Of a DNA stretch of 64,000 nucleotides, positions 62,632-64,000 are shown in pieces. The stretch spans positions 71,410 to 135,409 of the IMG/VR virus record IMGVR_UViG_3300009159_008968. The stretch is one strand, 5' to 3'. The position numbers and the translations under genes were made by a program. The stretch is from a virus. A model generated the notes under the pieces. The model worked only from the letters and a program-made list of their open reading frames with translations. It did not search any database and was not told the origin of the DNA. The first letter of the stretch is position 1. Every line of letters begins with the position of its first letter.

Positions 62632-64000
62632 ATGTCCGGATATTATATAATACCAATACCTACTCATTATTTAGATTTATCTGGTGGAACTGTTACTGGA
62701 CAGACTTTCTTTTCTTCTGGTTTATCAGCAGATACTTTTTATTTGACTAGTACTCCAACTAATGACAATACAGTAAATAATGTTTTAGTTTATAATTCTA
62801 CAACAGGAGCAATTGAATATAGAGATGCAAATTCAATTGGTGTTTCAGGGAACTTTGTTCCACTAAGTGGTGGAACTATGACAGGACAATTAAATGTCCC
62901 TTCTATTTCTGCTAATACATTAAGTGGTTTTACAATTTTTTCAGGATCAACTCCATTAGCAAATATTTTCCCTTACAGTGGAACTAATATTGGTAATGGA
63001 CAAACTTCTGTTTTTAAACAAAAAAATAATAATTTATTAGAATTTAAAACACTATCCGCAGGAACTAATATAATCGTCACTGAATCAAATAATACTATAA
63101 TTATTTCAGCTAGTGGTGGAACTGGTAGCTCAGGTGCTTCTGGTAGTGCAGGAAGTGCTGGTTCATCAGGATCATCTGGTTCAGCAGGTAGTGCTGGTAC
63201 ATCTGGTTCAGCAGGAAGTGCAGGTTCTAGTGGTAGTTCAGGTAGTTCCGGTTCATCTGGTAATTCAGGAAGTGCAGGTAGTGCAGGTTCTAGTGGTAGT
63301 TCAGGTGCTGCCGGTACATCAGGTAGTTCAGGAAGTTCTGGTGCTAATGGTACATCAGGTAGTTCAGGTTCATCTGGTAATTCAGGAAGTTCAGGTAGTT
63401 CGGGAAGTGCAGGCTCTAGTGGTAGTTCAGGTGCTGCCGGTACATCAGGTAGTGCGGGTAGTTCTGGTACTAATGGTACATCAGGTAGTGCGGGTAGTTC
63501 TGGTACATCAGGTTTAGCAGGAAGTGCTGGTTCAAGTGGTAGTTCAGGTGGCACAGGTACATCAGGTAGTTCAGGAAGTTCTGGTACTAATGGTACATCA
63601 GGTAGTTCCGGAAGTTCTGGTGCTAATGGTACATCTGGCAGTGCTGGTTCATCAGGCAATGCAGGTAGTGCGGGTAGTTCGGGGAGTTCGGGTTCATCTG
63701 GCTCATCGGGTAGTGCGGGTAGTTCGGGGAGTTCGGGTTCATCTGGCTCATCGGGTAGTGCAGGTACATCTGGTAGTTCAGGGAGTTCTGGTGCTAATGG
63801 TACATCTGGCAGTGCTGGTTCATCAGGTAATGCAGGTAGTTCGGGTAGTTCAGGGAGTTCGGGTTCATCTGGCTCATCGGGTAGTGCAGGTAGTTCTGGT
63901 GTAAATGGTACATCGGGTAGTTCAGGAAGTTCTGGTGCTAATGGTACATCAGGTAGTGCAGGTAGTTCTGGTGCTAATGGTACATCGGGTAGTGCAGGTA
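62632..64000 (+). CDS. Long fibre protein with extended Pro-free Gly-X-Y repeat (partial; absent from ORF track because it has no stop in the window)
   Basis: Manual translation MSGYYIIPIPTHYLDLSGGTVTG...VPLSGGTMTG...LEFKTLSAG; G-X-Y triplets from 63115 to the window end. Confidence 0.85.
   Translation, partial: MSGYYIIPIPTHYLDLSGGTVTGQTFFSSGLSADTFYLTSTPTNDNTVNNVLVYNSTTGAIEYRDANSIGVSGNFVPLSGGTMTGQLNVPSISANTLSGFTIFSGSTPLANIFPYSGTNIGNGQTSVFKQKNNNLLEFKTLSAGTNIIVTESNNTIIISASGGTGSSGASGSAGSAGSSGSSGSAGSAGTSGSAGSAGSSGSSGSSGSSGNSGSAGSAGSSGSSGAAGTSGSSGSSGANGTSGSSGSSGNSGSSGSSGSAGSSGSSGAAGTSGSAGSSGTNGTSGSAGSSGTSGLAGSAGSSGSSGGTGTSGSSGSSGTNGTSGSSGSSGANGTSGSAGSSGNAGSAGSSGSSGSSGSSGSAGSSGSSGSSGSSGSAGTSGSSGSSGANGTSGSAGSSGNAGSSGSSGSSGSSGSSGSAGSSGVNGTSGSSGSSGANGTSGSAGSSGANGTSGSAG
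63115..64000 (+). repeat. About 98 Gly-X-Y triplets (X and Y mostly Ser/Ala/Thr/Asn)
   Basis: A gg- codon falls every third codon in all stretches translated; internal near-exact duplications occur around 63660..63890. Confidence 0.9.

Noticed and set aside
62973-63904. ORF-track proteins rich in PELP or VVQ (62973..63659, 63113..63517, 63524..63904; also 13587..13895 and 13691..14044)
   Set aside because: These are alternative-frame shadows of the Gly-Ser repeat genes.

Overview
AT-rich, standard-code segment of a large T4-like myophage, most likely infecting Bacteroidota (several canonical TAnnTTTG -7 promoter elements, Gln+1 signal peptides, a Bacteroidota-type H1-like gene). It holds the head module (gp21-like protease, acidic scaffold, gp23-like capsid), neck and terminator genes (gp13/14/15-like), two tandem 786-aa sheath genes, a tube gene, two gp26-like genes and several mosaic fibre or Gly-X-Y proteins. 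It also holds a dnaE fractured by a split intein with a free-standing Vsr-like endonuclease between the halves plus a second mini-intein, an RNA-repair-type gene set (RlaP-like nucleotidyltransferase, CCA enzyme, Rnl1-type ligase, three tRNAs lacking encoded CCA) and several homing-type nucleases. The best candidate for an undescribed system is a set of short peptide tags: one nearly copies the scaffold C-terminus and the other is an amphipathic 'IRKxIxE' helix. These are fused to otherwise unrelated proteins (CCA enzyme, PcfJ-like, ArdC-like), all preceded by a TATTTAT motif, which suggests capsid loading and injection of counter-defence cargo. All family assignments come from motif recognition by eye; no database searches were run.
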